Part shown: positions 37,069-47,664 of the stretch, one piece after another
How the letters are laid out: every line of letters begins with the position of its first letter
How positions within the stretch are numbered: position 1 is the stretch's first letter
Source of the DNA: a virus
Lineage: Duplodnaviria; Caudoviricetes
DNA: 64,000 nucleotides
Reading direction: 5' to 3' (one strand)
Virus record (IMG/VR): IMGVR_UViG_3300036833_000232
Location: 1 to 64,000 of that record
Position numbers and translations under genes: made by a program
Notes under the pieces: generated by a model
Databases searched by the model: none
Seen by the model: the letters and a program-made list of their open reading frames with translations, nothing else
Told to the model about the DNA's origin: nothing

Positions 37069-40000
37069 GTGGCCAGCGAATCCGAGATCTCCGACCTGTA
37101 CATCACCCTGCGCACGGTCACCGCCCCCATGCTGGAGGGCTTCACCCAGGCCAGTGCGGCTGGTGAGGAGATGGTCGCCGCGCTGACCGCTGGCCTGGGC
37201 AAGTTGGACGCGGCGATCGCGCGGACCGCCGAGCAGTTGGCGGGGTTGCGTACCGAGATGGCGTCCGCCGCGTCCGGCACCGCCACTGCCGGTGCCGCCG
37301 CGGGGGGTGAGACCGCCGCTACGGGGGCTGCTGCGTCCGCTGCCGCAGCCGGGTCGGGGGCAGGTGCCGCAGCGGATGCAGACGCGGCAGCAACGGAAGC
37401 CGCGAGTGCGAAGCAGGTCGCCGCGTGGGACCGGGTCCTCGCCGAGATGGCCAAGGTGTCGGCCGAGTCGGCGACGACCGCAGCATCGTGGGACGCGGAC
37501 ATGACCGCGATGGTCGCCGCGTCGACGCGGGCGTCCGAAGGCATGATCGCCGCCCAGTCGAAGGTGGAAGCGTCCAACGCCCAGTACGCGGAATCCGCAG
37601 CCGCCTACGACGCGGCCAACGCGCCTCTGAGCAACCTCGCCGGGAACCTGCTGAAGGTCGGTGCCGCAGGTGTGATCGCCGGTGGGGCAACGGTGAAAAT
37701 GGCCGCCGATTTCCAGTCGTCTACCACCCGTCTGGTGACGTCCGGCGGCGAGTTGCAGTCCAACCTTGCCACCGACCAGCAGGGCATTTTGAACCTGGCT
37801 GGACAGGTCGGGTATTCGGCTGGTGCCCTGTCGTCCGCCATGTACAAGATCACGTCGTCGGGTCAGCAGGCAGGGCAGGCCTTGGACACGTTGAAGGCTG
37901 CGGCGCAGGGCGCGAAGACCGAGAACGCTGATCTGACGACGGTCGCGGACGCCGTATCCACCGTGATGATCGACTATCACGGGAAGGTCGGGTCAGCCGC
38001 TGACGTGACCTCGAAACTGGTGGCCGCGACCAGCCAAGGCAAAACGAACTTCCAGGACCTGGCCAGCAGCCTCTCAGCCATCCTGCCGAAAGCATCCGGC
38101 GCGCACATCAGCCTAGACGAGATCCTCGGCGACCTGGCATCCATGACCCAGCACGGCATGAGCGCCCAGCAGGCCGCGCAGAACCTGGCCAACGCGGTTG
38201 GTCACTTGCAGTCCCCCACGATGGCAATGTCCAAAGAGATGGCGGCGCTCGGTATCAACTCCACGGAGCTGGCCGCGAACCTCGGCAAGGCTGGGCTGTC
38301 GGGGTCGATCCAGGTGATCTCGCAGGCGATCCAGAAAGACATGGGTCCGGGCACGTCCGCGGTGATCCTGCAAATGCAGTCCGCGTTGAAGGGTCTCCCG
38401 CCGGCGGTGCAGCAGGTGTCGCAGGAAGTGTTGGACGGCACCACGTCGTGGGCCGAGTGGAACGCCGCGACGAAAACCCTGCCGGTTACCCAACGAGCCC
38501 AGGCCCAATCGTTCGCGACGCTGGTCAACTCGATGCACACCATCGGCACCGAGCAACTGTCCGGGTCGCAGGTGATGCAAACCTACGCAGGTGCCATGAA
38601 CAAAGCGATGGGCACCACGGACGGCCTCAACGTCGCTTTGATGTTGACCGGGCAGAACACCGACAACACCAACCGGGCGATCGCCGCGGTCAGTAAGGCT
38701 ACCGCCGACGCGCAGGGCAATGTGCAGGGCTGGTCGAATATCCAGGGCACGTTCAACCAGCAACTGTCCGAAGCCAAGGACGGGCTGGACGCTGCGGCGA
38801 TCGCCGTCGGCGAGAAGTTGCTGCCGCCAGCCACGGCGCTTGTGGGTGTGCTGGCTGGGGTCGCGACCTGGTTGGCCCACAACACCGTCGCCGCCGATGC
38901 CCTCGCTGTCGTAATCGGGATACTGCTGGCCGGTGGGGTTGTCGGGCTCACCATGAAACTCGGCCAGTTCGCGCTCGCCATGGCGAAGAACGTGATAGCG
39001 CCGATCACTGGGGCGGTCGGGTTCACCAGAAACCTGATCGGCGGGTTCCAAGGCGCGGAAGCTGCCGCTGGCACGTTCGGCGGGAAAGTCGCGTCGGCGT
39101 TGCAGATGGTGGGGTCATGGGCGTCCTCGACGGCGTCGGCGGTCGCGTCGTTCGTGTCGAACCTGGCTGGCGCGGTCGCGTCCGGTGCCCAGTGGGTGGC
39201 GTCCACTGTGGCGCAGTGGGCGACGGTGGCCGCGTCGGCGGTGGTGAACGCGGCGAAGTCGACCGCCGCGTGGCTGGCATCAACTGCGAAAATGATTGCC
39301 CAGGGGGTGGCGCAGGCCGCGACGTGGGCGGCGTCGATAGCAGCGAAGTTCGTGGCCGTGGCGACCTCGGCGGTGGTCAACGCCGCAGCGACCTCGGCGG
39401 CGTGGCTGGCGGCGTCCGCGCGGATGGTGGCCCAGGGAATAGCGCAGGCCGCAGTGTGGGTAGCGGGGATGCTCGTCAAGTTCGCGGTGGTGGCCGCGTC
39501 GGCGGTCGTATCGGCTGCGGCGACCGCGGCGGCGTGGATCGCCGCGAACGCCGCGATGATCGTCGCCACGGGCGGGATCATCCTGTTGATCGGCCTGCTG
39601 GTCGCGGCCGGTATCTGGGTGGTGACCCACTGGACCGAGGTGAAAACCTTCTTCGTCGGGTTGTGGCACGACATCGAGCACATTTTCAGCGAAACGGTCA
39701 ACTGGGTAGTGGAGATCGTCAAGGGCTGGTATCCGCTGATCCTGGGCGTGTTGTCCGGCGGGATACTCCTCATCCCCGCGTTGATTTTCAAGTACTGGCA
39801 TCAGATCGTGGGGTTCTTCAGCGACGCTGGCCAGTGGCTATGGAACGCCGGCAAAGCAATCCTCGACGGTCTCCTGAACGGACTGAAGTCCGCATGGAAC
39901 AGTGTCACCAGTTTCATCGGGGGAATCGGCAGTTGGATCGCCGCCCATAAAGGGCCGATCGACTACGACCGTAGCCTGTTGACGCCACACGGTAACGCCA

Positions 40001-40332
40001 TCATGGATGGGTTGCTGGTCGGGTTGCAGGCCGGCGGGCAGAAAGTCGGCTCGTATCTGACGCAGTTCACGCAGGGAATCCGGGACACGGCGATCGGCGA
40101 TGTGACCGGGTCGATCAGTGTCGCTGGAGTTGGTGGCGCATCCGCTGGCGCGACTCCCATGGTGTCCCCCGCGGGGGCAGCTTCTGGGTCTGGTGTGACG
40201 GTGGTGAACATGCCGATCACGGTCAACGGGTCGGTGCTGACCGACACCGATTTGGCGCGGTATTTGCAGCGGGCGTTTCTGCAATTGCAGGCCCGGAACG
40301 GGTCGTTCTCCACCACCGTCGCGTTCTCCTAA
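37069..40332 (+). CDS. tape measure protein (TP901-type core)
   Basis: 1087 aa Ala-rich helical protein, Trp-periodic repeats, TM segments, HKGPIDYDRSLLTP. Confidence 0.93.
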   Translation: MASESEISDLYITLRTVTAPMLEGFTQASAAGEEMVAALTAGLGKLDAAIARTAEQLAGLRTEMASAASGTATAGAAAGGETAATGAAASAAAAGSGAGAAADADAAATEAASAKQVAAWDRVLAEMAKVSAESATTAASWDADMTAMVAASTRASEGMIAAQSKVEASNAQYAESAAAYDAANAPLSNLAGNLLKVGAAGVIAGGATVKMAADFQSSTTRLVTSGGELQSNLATDQQGILNLAGQVGYSAGALSSAMYKITSSGQQAGQALDTLKAAAQGAKTENADLTTVADAVSTVMIDYHGKVGSAADVTSKLVAATSQGKTNFQDLASSLSAILPKASGAHISLDEILGDLASMTQHGMSAQQAAQNLANAVGHLQSPTMAMSKEMAALGINSTELAANLGKAGLSGSIQVISQAIQKDMGPGTSAVILQMQSALKGLPPAVQQVSQEVLDGTTSWAEWNAATKTLPVTQRAQAQSFATLVNSMHTIGTEQLSGSQVMQTYAGAMNKAMGTTDGLNVALMLTGQNTDNTNRAIAAVSKATADAQGNVQGWSNIQGTFNQQLSEAKDGLDAAAIAVGEKLLPPATALVGVLAGVATWLAHNTVAADALAVVIGILLAGGVVGLTMKLGQFALAMAKNVIAPITGAVGFTRNLIGGFQGAEAAAGTFGGKVASALQMVGSWASSTASAVASFVSNLAGAVASGAQWVASTVAQWATVAASAVVNAAKSTAAWLASTAKMIAQGVAQAATWAASIAAKFVAVATSAVVNAAATSAAWLAASARMVAQGIAQAAVWVAGMLVKFAVVAASAVVSAAATAAAWIAANAAMIVATGGIILLIGLLVAAGIWVVTHWTEVKTFFVGLWHDIEHIFSETVNWVVEIVKGWYPLILGVLSGGILLIPALIFKYWHQIVGFFSDAGQWLWNAGKAILDGLLNGLKSAWNSVTSFIGGIGSWIAAHKGPIDYDRSLLTPHGNAIMDGLLVGLQAGGQKVGSYLTQFTQGIRDTAIGDVTGSISVAGVGGASAGATPMVSPAGAASGSGVTVVNMPITVNGSVLTDTDLARYLQRAFLQLQARNGSFSTTVAFS

Positions 40333-40364
40333 ACCGCAGGCCCGCTCCACGGTGAGGGGGTCGT

Positions 40365-40910
40365 ATGGCCCTGTCCACGATCACCGTTACCGGGACGTGG
40401 GTGACGCCCGCGAATGTGGCCCCGGCGTCGGGGTCGGTGATGTTCCAACCGGTGCAGGAGGTGGCCGGCGGCGGGTTCATCGTCGCGGACTCCCCGGTCA
40501 CCGCCACCCTGAACGGTGCTGGCGCAATCTCGATCGTGCTGGTCAACAACACACAGGCCACCAGCTTGCAGTACCAGGTGACGGAGCAGATCGCGGGTGC
40601 CCCAACGGTCACCTATGTGATCTCCCCGACGGGGAGCAGCGTGGACCTGTCCACGGTGTTCCGGGGGTCGGCGACGCCTCTGCCGGCGTTGGGGGCCGGG
40701 CGGGTCACCGGTTCGTTCACCGGCACCGGGTCGGCGACCACGTTCGCGGTGACCCACAACCTGGGCAATTCGGCGCCGGTGTGGTCGATGTATTCCGGTG
40801 TTCAGCAGTTTTGGCCGGAGTTTCAGCCGTCGTCGGCGAATGCCGGGAGTTTCGTGTTCACGTCGGCTCCCGCGTTGGGTGTCGTGTTCCTCTACACGCT
40901 GGTGGGGTGA
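40365..40910 (+). CDS. tail-tip adaptor protein with shared N-terminal module
   Basis: MALSTITVTGTWVTP...LQYQVTEQI...VDLST; VTHNLG. Confidence 0.7.
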   Translation: MALSTITVTGTWVTPANVAPASGSVMFQPVQEVAGGGFIVADSPVTATLNGAGAISIVLVNNTQATSLQYQVTEQIAGAPTVTYVISPTGSSVDLSTVFRGSATPLPALGAGRVTGSFTGTGSATTFAVTHNLGNSAPVWSMYSGVQQFWPEFQPSSANAGSFVFTSAPALGVVFLYTLVG

Positions 40911-40913
40911 GGG

Positions 40914-41612
40914 ATGGCGCAGGATTTCCCGAATGGGATCGATTTGACGTCGACCGGCCGCGTGAGCCACGTTCTTGACCCGGCGGTGTCGACTGACGGG
41001 TCGACCAAGAATTATACGGATACGACCACGTCGGCGATCTATTACGGCGGGTGGGGTGACGCCGACTCCGATGTGTATGGCGATCTGCTGTCCACGTTTC
41101 CCCGGAACTACTTTATGTTGCTCGGTGCGGCGACCGGTGGGACAGCGACCACCAACGTCCAATCCATCAGCAGCGGTAATCAGAACGCGTACCTGTGGTA
41201 CAACCGGCGGGCCTTCACCTCGACTGGGTTTCGGTATGTGACTGGGTCGTCGTCCGCGACGTCGGGGAACACGGTCACGGCGACGATCTACACCGGCACG
41301 AGCCTGGCGGCGATGGTGTTGCAAACGACCGTCGCGGCGCCGTTCACGACCACGTCCACGTTCACCCAGGTCGGGTGGGGTAGTTCGGTGTCGGTACCGG
41401 TCGGGTGGGTCGCGGTCGTATTCACCTGCACCGCGGGGGCAACCCCCAAGTTCGCGGCTGTGTTCGCGCAACCGTACGGGGGTACGTTCACGAATCCGTC
41501 GGGAACGGCGGCGGTGTCGATCGCGCGGACCAGCGCCAGCCTGCCCTCCACTCTCGATTTCACCAGCGGCTGGTCGGCGAACACGATCCAGCCGTGGTTG
41601 GCGATGTATTGA
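40914..41612 (+). CDS. minor tail/fibre protein
   Basis: DPAVSTDGSTKNYTD fibre motif; Thr/Ser-rich. Confidence 0.7.
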   Translation: MAQDFPNGIDLTSTGRVSHVLDPAVSTDGSTKNYTDTTTSAIYYGGWGDADSDVYGDLLSTFPRNYFMLLGAATGGTATTNVQSISSGNQNAYLWYNRRAFTSTGFRYVTGSSSATSGNTVTATIYTGTSLAAMVLQTTVAAPFTTTSTFTQVGWGSSVSVPVGWVAVVFTCTAGATPKFAAVFAQPYGGTFTNPSGTAAVSIARTSASLPSTLDFTSGWSANTIQPWLAMY

Positions 41613-42686
41613 AGTGCTGGGGACACCGGGGGTTCCCAAACGCTCGCCGCGAACTCCGGGTCGAACTTTTACCGTATTCCCGCGGTGGTGGTGTCGAACG
41701 CGGGGACGGTGGTGGCGTCGTGGGATCGGCGTAACGGGTCGAACGCTGACCTGCCGAACAATATTGATGTGCTGACGTCGCGGTCCACGGACGGTGGCCG
41801 CACCTGGTCCGCGCAGGCGGTGCTCGCCGCCCACGATGGGGGGAGCACGTCGACGACGGCGAATGGGCGCGGGGATTGCTGCCTGACCGTGAACCGGGTC
41901 ACCGGCCGGATTTTCGCGCACTATATTCGGTCGCCGGCCACGATCGGGATCAGCAACTCGGACAACACCACCAGCAACACCAGCACCACCACCATCGGGT
42001 GCGCCTACCGCTATTCCGATGACGACGGGGTCACCTGGTCCGCCGAGACGATCTACACGGCCACCGTGAAAACGACGGCGATGTACGGCACGTCCGCGTC
42101 GAGCGGGCACGGGTTCTGCGACGTCGGCGGCACGGTGTATGTCCCGTACTGCTTCACCGACAGCACCGGCGGCCGGAACGACTTCGTCATGTACTCGGCG
42201 AACAACGGCACCACCTGGGCGCGGTCCACGGTGGTCGGCCCGGGGGTGGACGAGCACCACATCGCGCTCCGCTCGGACGGCTACTACCTGTCGAACGCGC
42301 GTCCCACCGGCACCACCAAAACACGGCTGCTGTCGCTGACCAACAACCTCACCACCGCGTGGTCCGGGCCGTTCGCGATCGCGACGCTACCGGACCCGCA
42401 GTGCAACGGGGACCTCCTGCGGGTGGACCCGTCGGACAGCAGCCCGATGGCGACCTGGTTGCTGGCCTCCGGGTGCGCGTCCACCGGCACCCGGCAGAAC
42501 CTGACGGTGTGGATGTCCAAAGATGGTGGCACCACCTGGCCGTATGCGTGGACCGTGTACCGGGGCGGCGCGGCCTACTCCAGCATGGTGCGCCTGGGCG
42601 TCGGCCAGTACGGGATCTTCTGGGAAGACACCGACACCGCATCGCTGCTGTTCACCACGTTCACCCTGACCAACCTCGCCTACTGA
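41613..42686 (+). CDS. sialidase-like (GH33/BNR) beta-propeller; start anomalous
   Basis: YRIP at 41670-41681; Asp-boxes SRSTDGGRTW, YSDDDGVTW, YSANNGTTW, MSKDGGTTW; AYS motif; first in-frame start codon (41685) lies after YRIP. Confidence 0.85.
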   Translation, partial: SAGDTGGSQTLAANSGSNFYRIPAVVVSNAGTVVASWDRRNGSNADLPNNIDVLTSRSTDGGRTWSAQAVLAAHDGGSTSTTANGRGDCCLTVNRVTGRIFAHYIRSPATIGISNSDNTTSNTSTTTIGCAYRYSDDDGVTWSAETIYTATVKTTAMYGTSASSGHGFCDVGGTVYVPYCFTDSTGGRNDFVMYSANNGTTWARSTVVGPGVDEHHIALRSDGYYLSNARPTGTTKTRLLSLTNNLTTAWSGPFAIATLPDPQCNGDLLRVDPSDSSPMATWLLASGCASTGTRQNLTVWMSKDGGTTWPYAWTVYRGGAAYSSMVRLGVGQYGIFWEDTDTASLLFTTFTLTNLAY

Positions 42687-42707
42687 CGGCGCGCCGAGGG
42701 GGTCGCG

Positions 42708-45503
42708 GTGGCCCTGTCCACAGTTGTGATCACCGGGTCGTGGGTGACACCACTCAACACACCCGCCACCGGGCAAGTCGTCATCACCCCGGTGGCCCCC
42801 GCGACCGGCGGCGGCTACATCGTCGCCGACTCCCCGATCGTGGTACCCCTCACTGCCGGCGCGATCTCCCAGACGGTGGTCAACAACACTCAGGTCGCCA
42901 CGCTGCTCTACCAGATCGTCGAGCAGATCACCGGTGCCCCCGCGGTCACTTACGTGATCGCGCCGACCGGGTCGACGATCGACCTGTCCACCGTGACCCG
43001 CCTGCCGGCCACGGTGGTGGCGCCGAACCCGAACCGGCCCCTGCTGACGGTCAACGTTGATTTCACCCAAGGACCCCCGCATCTGCCCGGCGCGTCCGCG
43101 CAGTCGATCAACAATCAGGCCAACCGGAACGTGGTCCGCAAAGTCACCATCTCCCGGGGGCGGCAGTACGAACTCGACCAGGTCCAGGCCGGCACCTGCA
43201 CCCTGGAGGTCACCGACCCGCTGGAGATGCTGCACCCCGCCAACACCGCGTCCCCGTTCAACTCGGCGGGCAGCACCATCACCAGCTACCGGTGCGCCCA
43301 GGTCGCCGCGTGGTGGAACCCGGCCACCCAGAACCTGGCCGGGAACCTCCTCAACACCGCCAACGTCGGCCCCGGTGGGGCCACCCCCTACGACCCCAGT
43401 TTCGAGAGCACGGTCGGCTGGCTCGGCCTGTTCGGCACTGCCGCCACGATCGCCCAGTCCACCACTCACGCCTACGACGGCACCCACTCCTGCGCGGTCA
43501 CGCTCACCGGGACGGGTGATGTCGCCGGCGGCGGGATCTGGACCGCGCCGGGCCTCACCTACACGCTGTCCGCCTACGTGTGGGTCCCGGCCGGCGAGTC
43601 GGTGACGTTGACGTTCGGCCAGTTCACACCCGCCGTGACGGTGTATGGGTCGGCGACGTCGACAGTGACCGGCGGCTGGCAACGCCTGTTCGTGACCGCC
43701 CCCGCGACGAACGCGGTCTCCTACTTCACGGTGCGCGGCGGCACCGGCGCCACCTATCCGTTCACGTTCTGGGTCGACGCCGTCCAGTTGGAGTTCGCGG
43801 TCACCCCAACGACGTTCACCGCGGCAGGGCCGACGATGTTTTCGCTGTACACGGGGTATGTGGAGCGGTTCCCGCTGCAATGGGACATGCAGGGCACCCG
43901 CGGGATCCGGCCGTTGACGATGGTGGATGCCCTGTCGGTGCTGTCCCGCACCGAAATCACCCAGGCCTATTCGACCACGATCCTGGCCGACAACCCGTAC
44001 GTCTACATCCCCTACAACGACCAGTCCCTTCCGCAGCAGGTGCGGTTGCCGCAGGGCGGCCAAATCACCACGGGCTACAGCAACCTCGGCACCAACGGCC
44101 AGGTCAACTTTCAGGGCGACACGTTCCTGGACGGCACCGCCGCAGTGTCGGTCACGCAGCAGAACGCGACCCCGCCGACGTCCGGCAACCCGGTGTACAT
44201 CACCTACCTGGGCACGCATAACGGCAGCGTGAGCCTGAACCCGCAGGCGTTCACCCTGGAGTTGTGGTTCCGGTGGACCAGCGGAACCATCTACATCGGG
44301 GTCGGTGACGTCCAGCCCGGCGAAAACGTCAACACCGAATCCCTCGGCCCCACCTACCAACTCGGGGTCCAAACCCTCGGCGGGAAACTCCTCACCGCCT
44401 ATCAGGACCCGAACGGTTCATCCGCCGGGAACTTCGGGTTCCCCGGCATCACCGGATACCCCGACGGGCAATGGCACTACCTGGTGTTGCGGTTGACCGG
44501 GTCCAGCCAAATCCAGTTGGCGGCCGACGCGACGATCGGCGGACACGGGAACTTCGGGTTCACCCCCAGCCAAGCAATAAGCATCAACAACTTTTATGTC
44601 AACGCCGGCACCTACTTCGGTGACCCGGTCACCACCGTCGCGGTCGCGAACCTCGCGGCCTACCCGGTGGCGTTGACCAACACGCAGGTGTTGGCCCACT
44701 ACAACCGGGGTGCCGGCTATATCGGCGAGGTGTCCGGTGCGCGGGTGTCACGGCTGCTGACCCAGTACTGGGCTGGCCCGGTCGCGGTGGCCGCGGGGAA
44801 ACGGCAGATGGCCCCCGACTTCGACTACGCCACCCGCTTCGTTCTGGACGTGTTGCAGGAAATCCAGGAAACCGAACGTGGGTTGGTGTATGCCGACCGG
44901 GCGGGCACGGTGGTGTTCGAGGACTCCGCCAGCCGGTACGTGAACAATCCGACGTCGAAAGCGGTCCTCGGGGAGAACCCCGCTGGTGTGTCGCCGGTCG
45001 AATATCCGTATTCGGCGCTGGTGCAGGATTACGACCCGACCTACACGTTCTCCCAGGCGAACTTGACGCGGCCGGGGAACTCCACGTTCGCGCCGCTGCC
45101 GAGCCCGTTGCCGGTGAACCCGCCGTACGGGCAGCGGATCCTGTCGCAACAGGTACAGGTCAACACCGATTTTGACCTGACCCAGGCCAGCACGTTCTAC
45201 CTGAAACGCTACGGCGCGCCGGTGCTTCGGGTGGAGACGTTGACGCTGAACCCGGCGGCGCAGCCCGCCCTGTGGGGTGTCGTGTTGGGGTTGGAGATCA
45301 GCCAGCGGATCACGGTGAAACGCCGCACCACCGCCGGGTTGGTCACCATCGGCGACTACTACATCGAGCAGATCAACCACACGATCGACGACACCAGTTG
45401 GACCGTTGACCTGCAATGTTCCCCGGTGTTCAACGCGAACGCGTGGGTGCTCGGTAATCCCGCCTACGGGATTCTGGGGTCCACCACCATCCCCGTCTAC
45501 TAA
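42708..45503 (+). CDS. large minor tail protein (tip/hub) with CBM-like and LamG-like domains
   Basis: shared N-terminal module; ISRGRQYELDQVQAG; PSFES...DAVQLE; FTLELWF...DGQWHY. Confidence 0.8.
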   Translation: MALSTVVITGSWVTPLNTPATGQVVITPVAPATGGGYIVADSPIVVPLTAGAISQTVVNNTQVATLLYQIVEQITGAPAVTYVIAPTGSTIDLSTVTRLPATVVAPNPNRPLLTVNVDFTQGPPHLPGASAQSINNQANRNVVRKVTISRGRQYELDQVQAGTCTLEVTDPLEMLHPANTASPFNSAGSTITSYRCAQVAAWWNPATQNLAGNLLNTANVGPGGATPYDPSFESTVGWLGLFGTAATIAQSTTHAYDGTHSCAVTLTGTGDVAGGGIWTAPGLTYTLSAYVWVPAGESVTLTFGQFTPAVTVYGSATSTVTGGWQRLFVTAPATNAVSYFTVRGGTGATYPFTFWVDAVQLEFAVTPTTFTAAGPTMFSLYTGYVERFPLQWDMQGTRGIRPLTMVDALSVLSRTEITQAYSTTILADNPYVYIPYNDQSLPQQVRLPQGGQITTGYSNLGTNGQVNFQGDTFLDGTAAVSVTQQNATPPTSGNPVYITYLGTHNGSVSLNPQAFTLELWFRWTSGTIYIGVGDVQPGENVNTESLGPTYQLGVQTLGGKLLTAYQDPNGSSAGNFGFPGITGYPDGQWHYLVLRLTGSSQIQLAADATIGGHGNFGFTPSQAISINNFYVNAGTYFGDPVTTVAVANLAAYPVALTNTQVLAHYNRGAGYIGEVSGARVSRLLTQYWAGPVAVAAGKRQMAPDFDYATRFVLDVLQEIQETERGLVYADRAGTVVFEDSASRYVNNPTSKAVLGENPAGVSPVEYPYSALVQDYDPTYTFSQANLTRPGNSTFAPLPSPLPVNPPYGQRILSQQVQVNTDFDLTQASTFYLKRYGAPVLRVETLTLNPAAQPALWGVVLGLEISQRITVKRRTTAGLVTIGDYYIEQINHTIDDTSWTVDLQCSPVFNANAWVLGNPAYGILGSTTIPVY

Positions 45504-45548
45504 CCCGCCCGTCCCTCTGGGGTTCACGACCGGGTAGGGGGTGGCCGG

Positions 45549-46124
45549 TTGGGTATCCCGTCACCCACCATTCCCTCGTTTACGGATGGGACGGTGGTGC
45601 ACCAGGCCGACCTGAACGCCCTGGCCACGAACCTGACGAACCTGTACGCCTACAACCAGGGCGGGTTTTTCACCCAGAAGCCCACAGTGATCTGCCAGCA
45701 AACCACCGGGCAGGCCGTCGCCAACTCCACCGACACGCTGGTGTCATTCGGATCGGCCCCGATCAACACCAACAACATGTGGGTCGCGTCGCAACCCACC
45801 CAGATCACCATCCAAACCGCCGGGATCTACTTCGTATTCGGCCTGGTTCCGTTTCCGCTGCTCGGGTCCCCCACGCTGGCGACGGTGTGCACCGCGAACC
45901 TGTGGGTCAACGGCACCTCCCCGAGCAACGCGGTCAACGGCACCGACCTCCCGTTCGTGTCCCAGGGTGCGGGGTCCGCGCCGCAGGCCAGCTACCTGGG
46001 GAACTTCGCGGTCGGCGCCACCCTCTACCTGGATGCGTGGCACACCGCCGGGTCGACGCAAACGCTGCGGGTGTCGCCGTATGGGGCGATCCTCGTCGCG
46101 ATCTACCTCACCCCCTCCACATAG
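45549..46124 (+). CDS. minor tail protein (C1q-like C-terminus)
   Basis: ITIQTAGIYFV; position in operon. Confidence 0.65.
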   Translation: MGIPSPTIPSFTDGTVVHQADLNALATNLTNLYAYNQGGFFTQKPTVICQQTTGQAVANSTDTLVSFGSAPINTNNMWVASQPTQITIQTAGIYFVFGLVPFPLLGSPTLATVCTANLWVNGTSPSNAVNGTDLPFVSQGAGSAPQASYLGNFAVGATLYLDAWHTAGSTQTLRVSPYGAILVAIYLTPST

Positions 46125-46138
46125 AAAGGGGGTCCGGT

Positions 46139-46690
46139 ATGGGTATGACCACCACGTTCACGCTCCGGTTCGAGGGTCCCCCGTCGTGCGCAGACTGCCA
46201 GCGGGCCGGGATCGTGGTCTGTGACCACATCGGGTTCAACGACGAGGCGTGGGCGGGGATCGTGGGCCGCCAGGTCACCGCCCCCGGCCTGGACTTGTCC
46301 CCCGGTTATGTGCATGTGCTGCGCGCGTTCGACATCGTCGATCACCGGAAAACGGTGGTGCTGACCGTGGACACCGACCGGCCCCGGTTCCATGACCTCG
46401 CCCGGCACCTGTCCATCCACGGGGACCATCGGGCCAAGGCGTCAGTGCGGGCTGTTCATCACGACACCGGGGAGGTGCTGGAGGAAGGCGACTACGACGC
46501 GCCTTTGCGGGAGGGACAGCAGGTGTGCATCAACCGGGACGTCTACCAGGTGCACCGGGTGGAACACCCGAACCGCAACGCGGCAGGTATCGCCGCGGGG
46601 GTGGATGTGCAGGTAGCGCATCTGGTTCCGGTGCCGACCGAGCCGGTGGGTGTTGTCCCGGTGGAAGGGGTGCCCGGTGGCGCTGGCTGA
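46139..46690 (+). CDS. hypothetical protein
   Basis: GAAAGGGG RBS. Confidence 0.65.
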   Translation: MGMTTTFTLRFEGPPSCADCQRAGIVVCDHIGFNDEAWAGIVGRQVTAPGLDLSPGYVHVLRAFDIVDHRKTVVLTVDTDRPRFHDLARHLSIHGDHRAKASVRAVHHDTGEVLEEGDYDAPLREGQQVCINRDVYQVHRVEHPNRNAAGIAAGVDVQVAHLVPVPTEPVGVVPVEGVPGGAG

Positions 46691-47204
46691 CCTGACCTAC
46701 GTGGACCGGCACAAGCGGGGTGGGTTCCCGCCCGGCTACCCGGCCACGATCCGGACCCTGTACTCGCCGGTCGATGACGTGCACGGCGCGATGCTGGACC
46801 TGCTGTCATCGGCCACCACCTCGCTGGTGGTCGCGATGTATGGGTTCGACGACCCGGAGCTGGCGACGGTGCTGCACACCAAACTCGCTGATCAACACTG
46901 TTTCGTGCAGCTCACTCTCGATTCGAGTCAGGCAGGTGGGGCGCATGAGAAAGCGCTGCTCGCCGAGGCGGCGTTCCCGGCGGCGTCTATCGCTGTCGGC
47001 CGCTCCGAAAAAGGCGCTATCATGCACCTTAAGTTGGTTGTCGTGGACGGACTGGACACCATCACCGGATCCACCAACTGGTCGGCCGGCGGGGAAACCC
47101 GCCAGGACAACCAGATGACGATCGTCCGGGACCCGCTGGTCGCCGCCGAAGCCCGCGCCCGGGTGGACGCGATCCACACCCACATCCTCACCACCAACCG
47201 GTGA
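46677..47204 (+). CDS. phospholipase D-family (single HKD) protein
   Basis: [21 protein letters not shown]...N. Confidence 0.88.
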   Translation: MALADLTYVDRHKRGGFPPGYPATIRTLYSPVDDVHGAMLDLLSSATTSLVVAMYGFDDPELATVLHTKLADQHCFVQLTLDSSQAGGAHEKALLAEAAFPAASIAVGRSEKGAIMHLKLVVVDGLDTITGSTNWSAGGETRQDNQMTIVRDPLVAAEARARVDAIHTHILTTNR

Positions 47205-47217
47205 CCGGGAGGCGGGC

Positions 47218-47664
47218 GTGCGGAAACCCCAAGTGGCGCTGTGGCGCCTCAACGAGCCCCGCGCGCACATGACCCTCATGATGGGCGTGTTCTGGGCGAT
47301 CGGCCTGACCCTGTGGTTCCAGCCCGGCCGCTACGCCAACACCCCGAGCTACGCGGACCTGCTGGCGATCCTCCCTCAGCACGGCTGGTCCGCGTTCTAC
47401 CTCGCCGCAGGCACGTTGAAAGCCGCGTCGATCTGGCGGTATGAGCAACGCTGGCTGGTGGTGGTCACCCACACCGTGGCGATCGCGCTGGTCGGGTCCT
47501 GGTTGTTGGCGTTCGTGGTGCGCTGGCTGACGGATCCGGGTACCACGATCGTCAACGTCGCCTCGTGGTCGACGTACCTGTATCTGGTGATCAGGTCCGC
47601 CCTGATGCTCGATGACCACGTCACTCCTCCGCTGCCGCCGGGTTCGGGTGCTGGTGGTGGCTGA
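47218..47664 (+). CDS. multi-TM membrane protein (holin candidate)
   Basis: about 4 hydrophobic segments; GGGAGG RBS. Confidence 0.65.
   Translation: MRKPQVALWRLNEPRAHMTLMMGVFWAIGLTLWFQPGRYANTPSYADLLAILPQHGWSAFYLAAGTLKAASIWRYEQRWLVVVTHTVAIALVGSWLLAFVVRWLTDPGTTIVNVASWSTYLYLVIRSALMLDDHVTPPLPPGSGAGGG

Noticed and set aside
39100-39560. Trp/Ala periodic repeats in the tape measure gene
   Set aside because: Ordinary TMP feature.
40365-46124. Diversity-generating retroelement or invertible tail cassette
   Set aside because: No reverse transcriptase, TR/VR pair, adjacent invertase or inverted tail segments seen.
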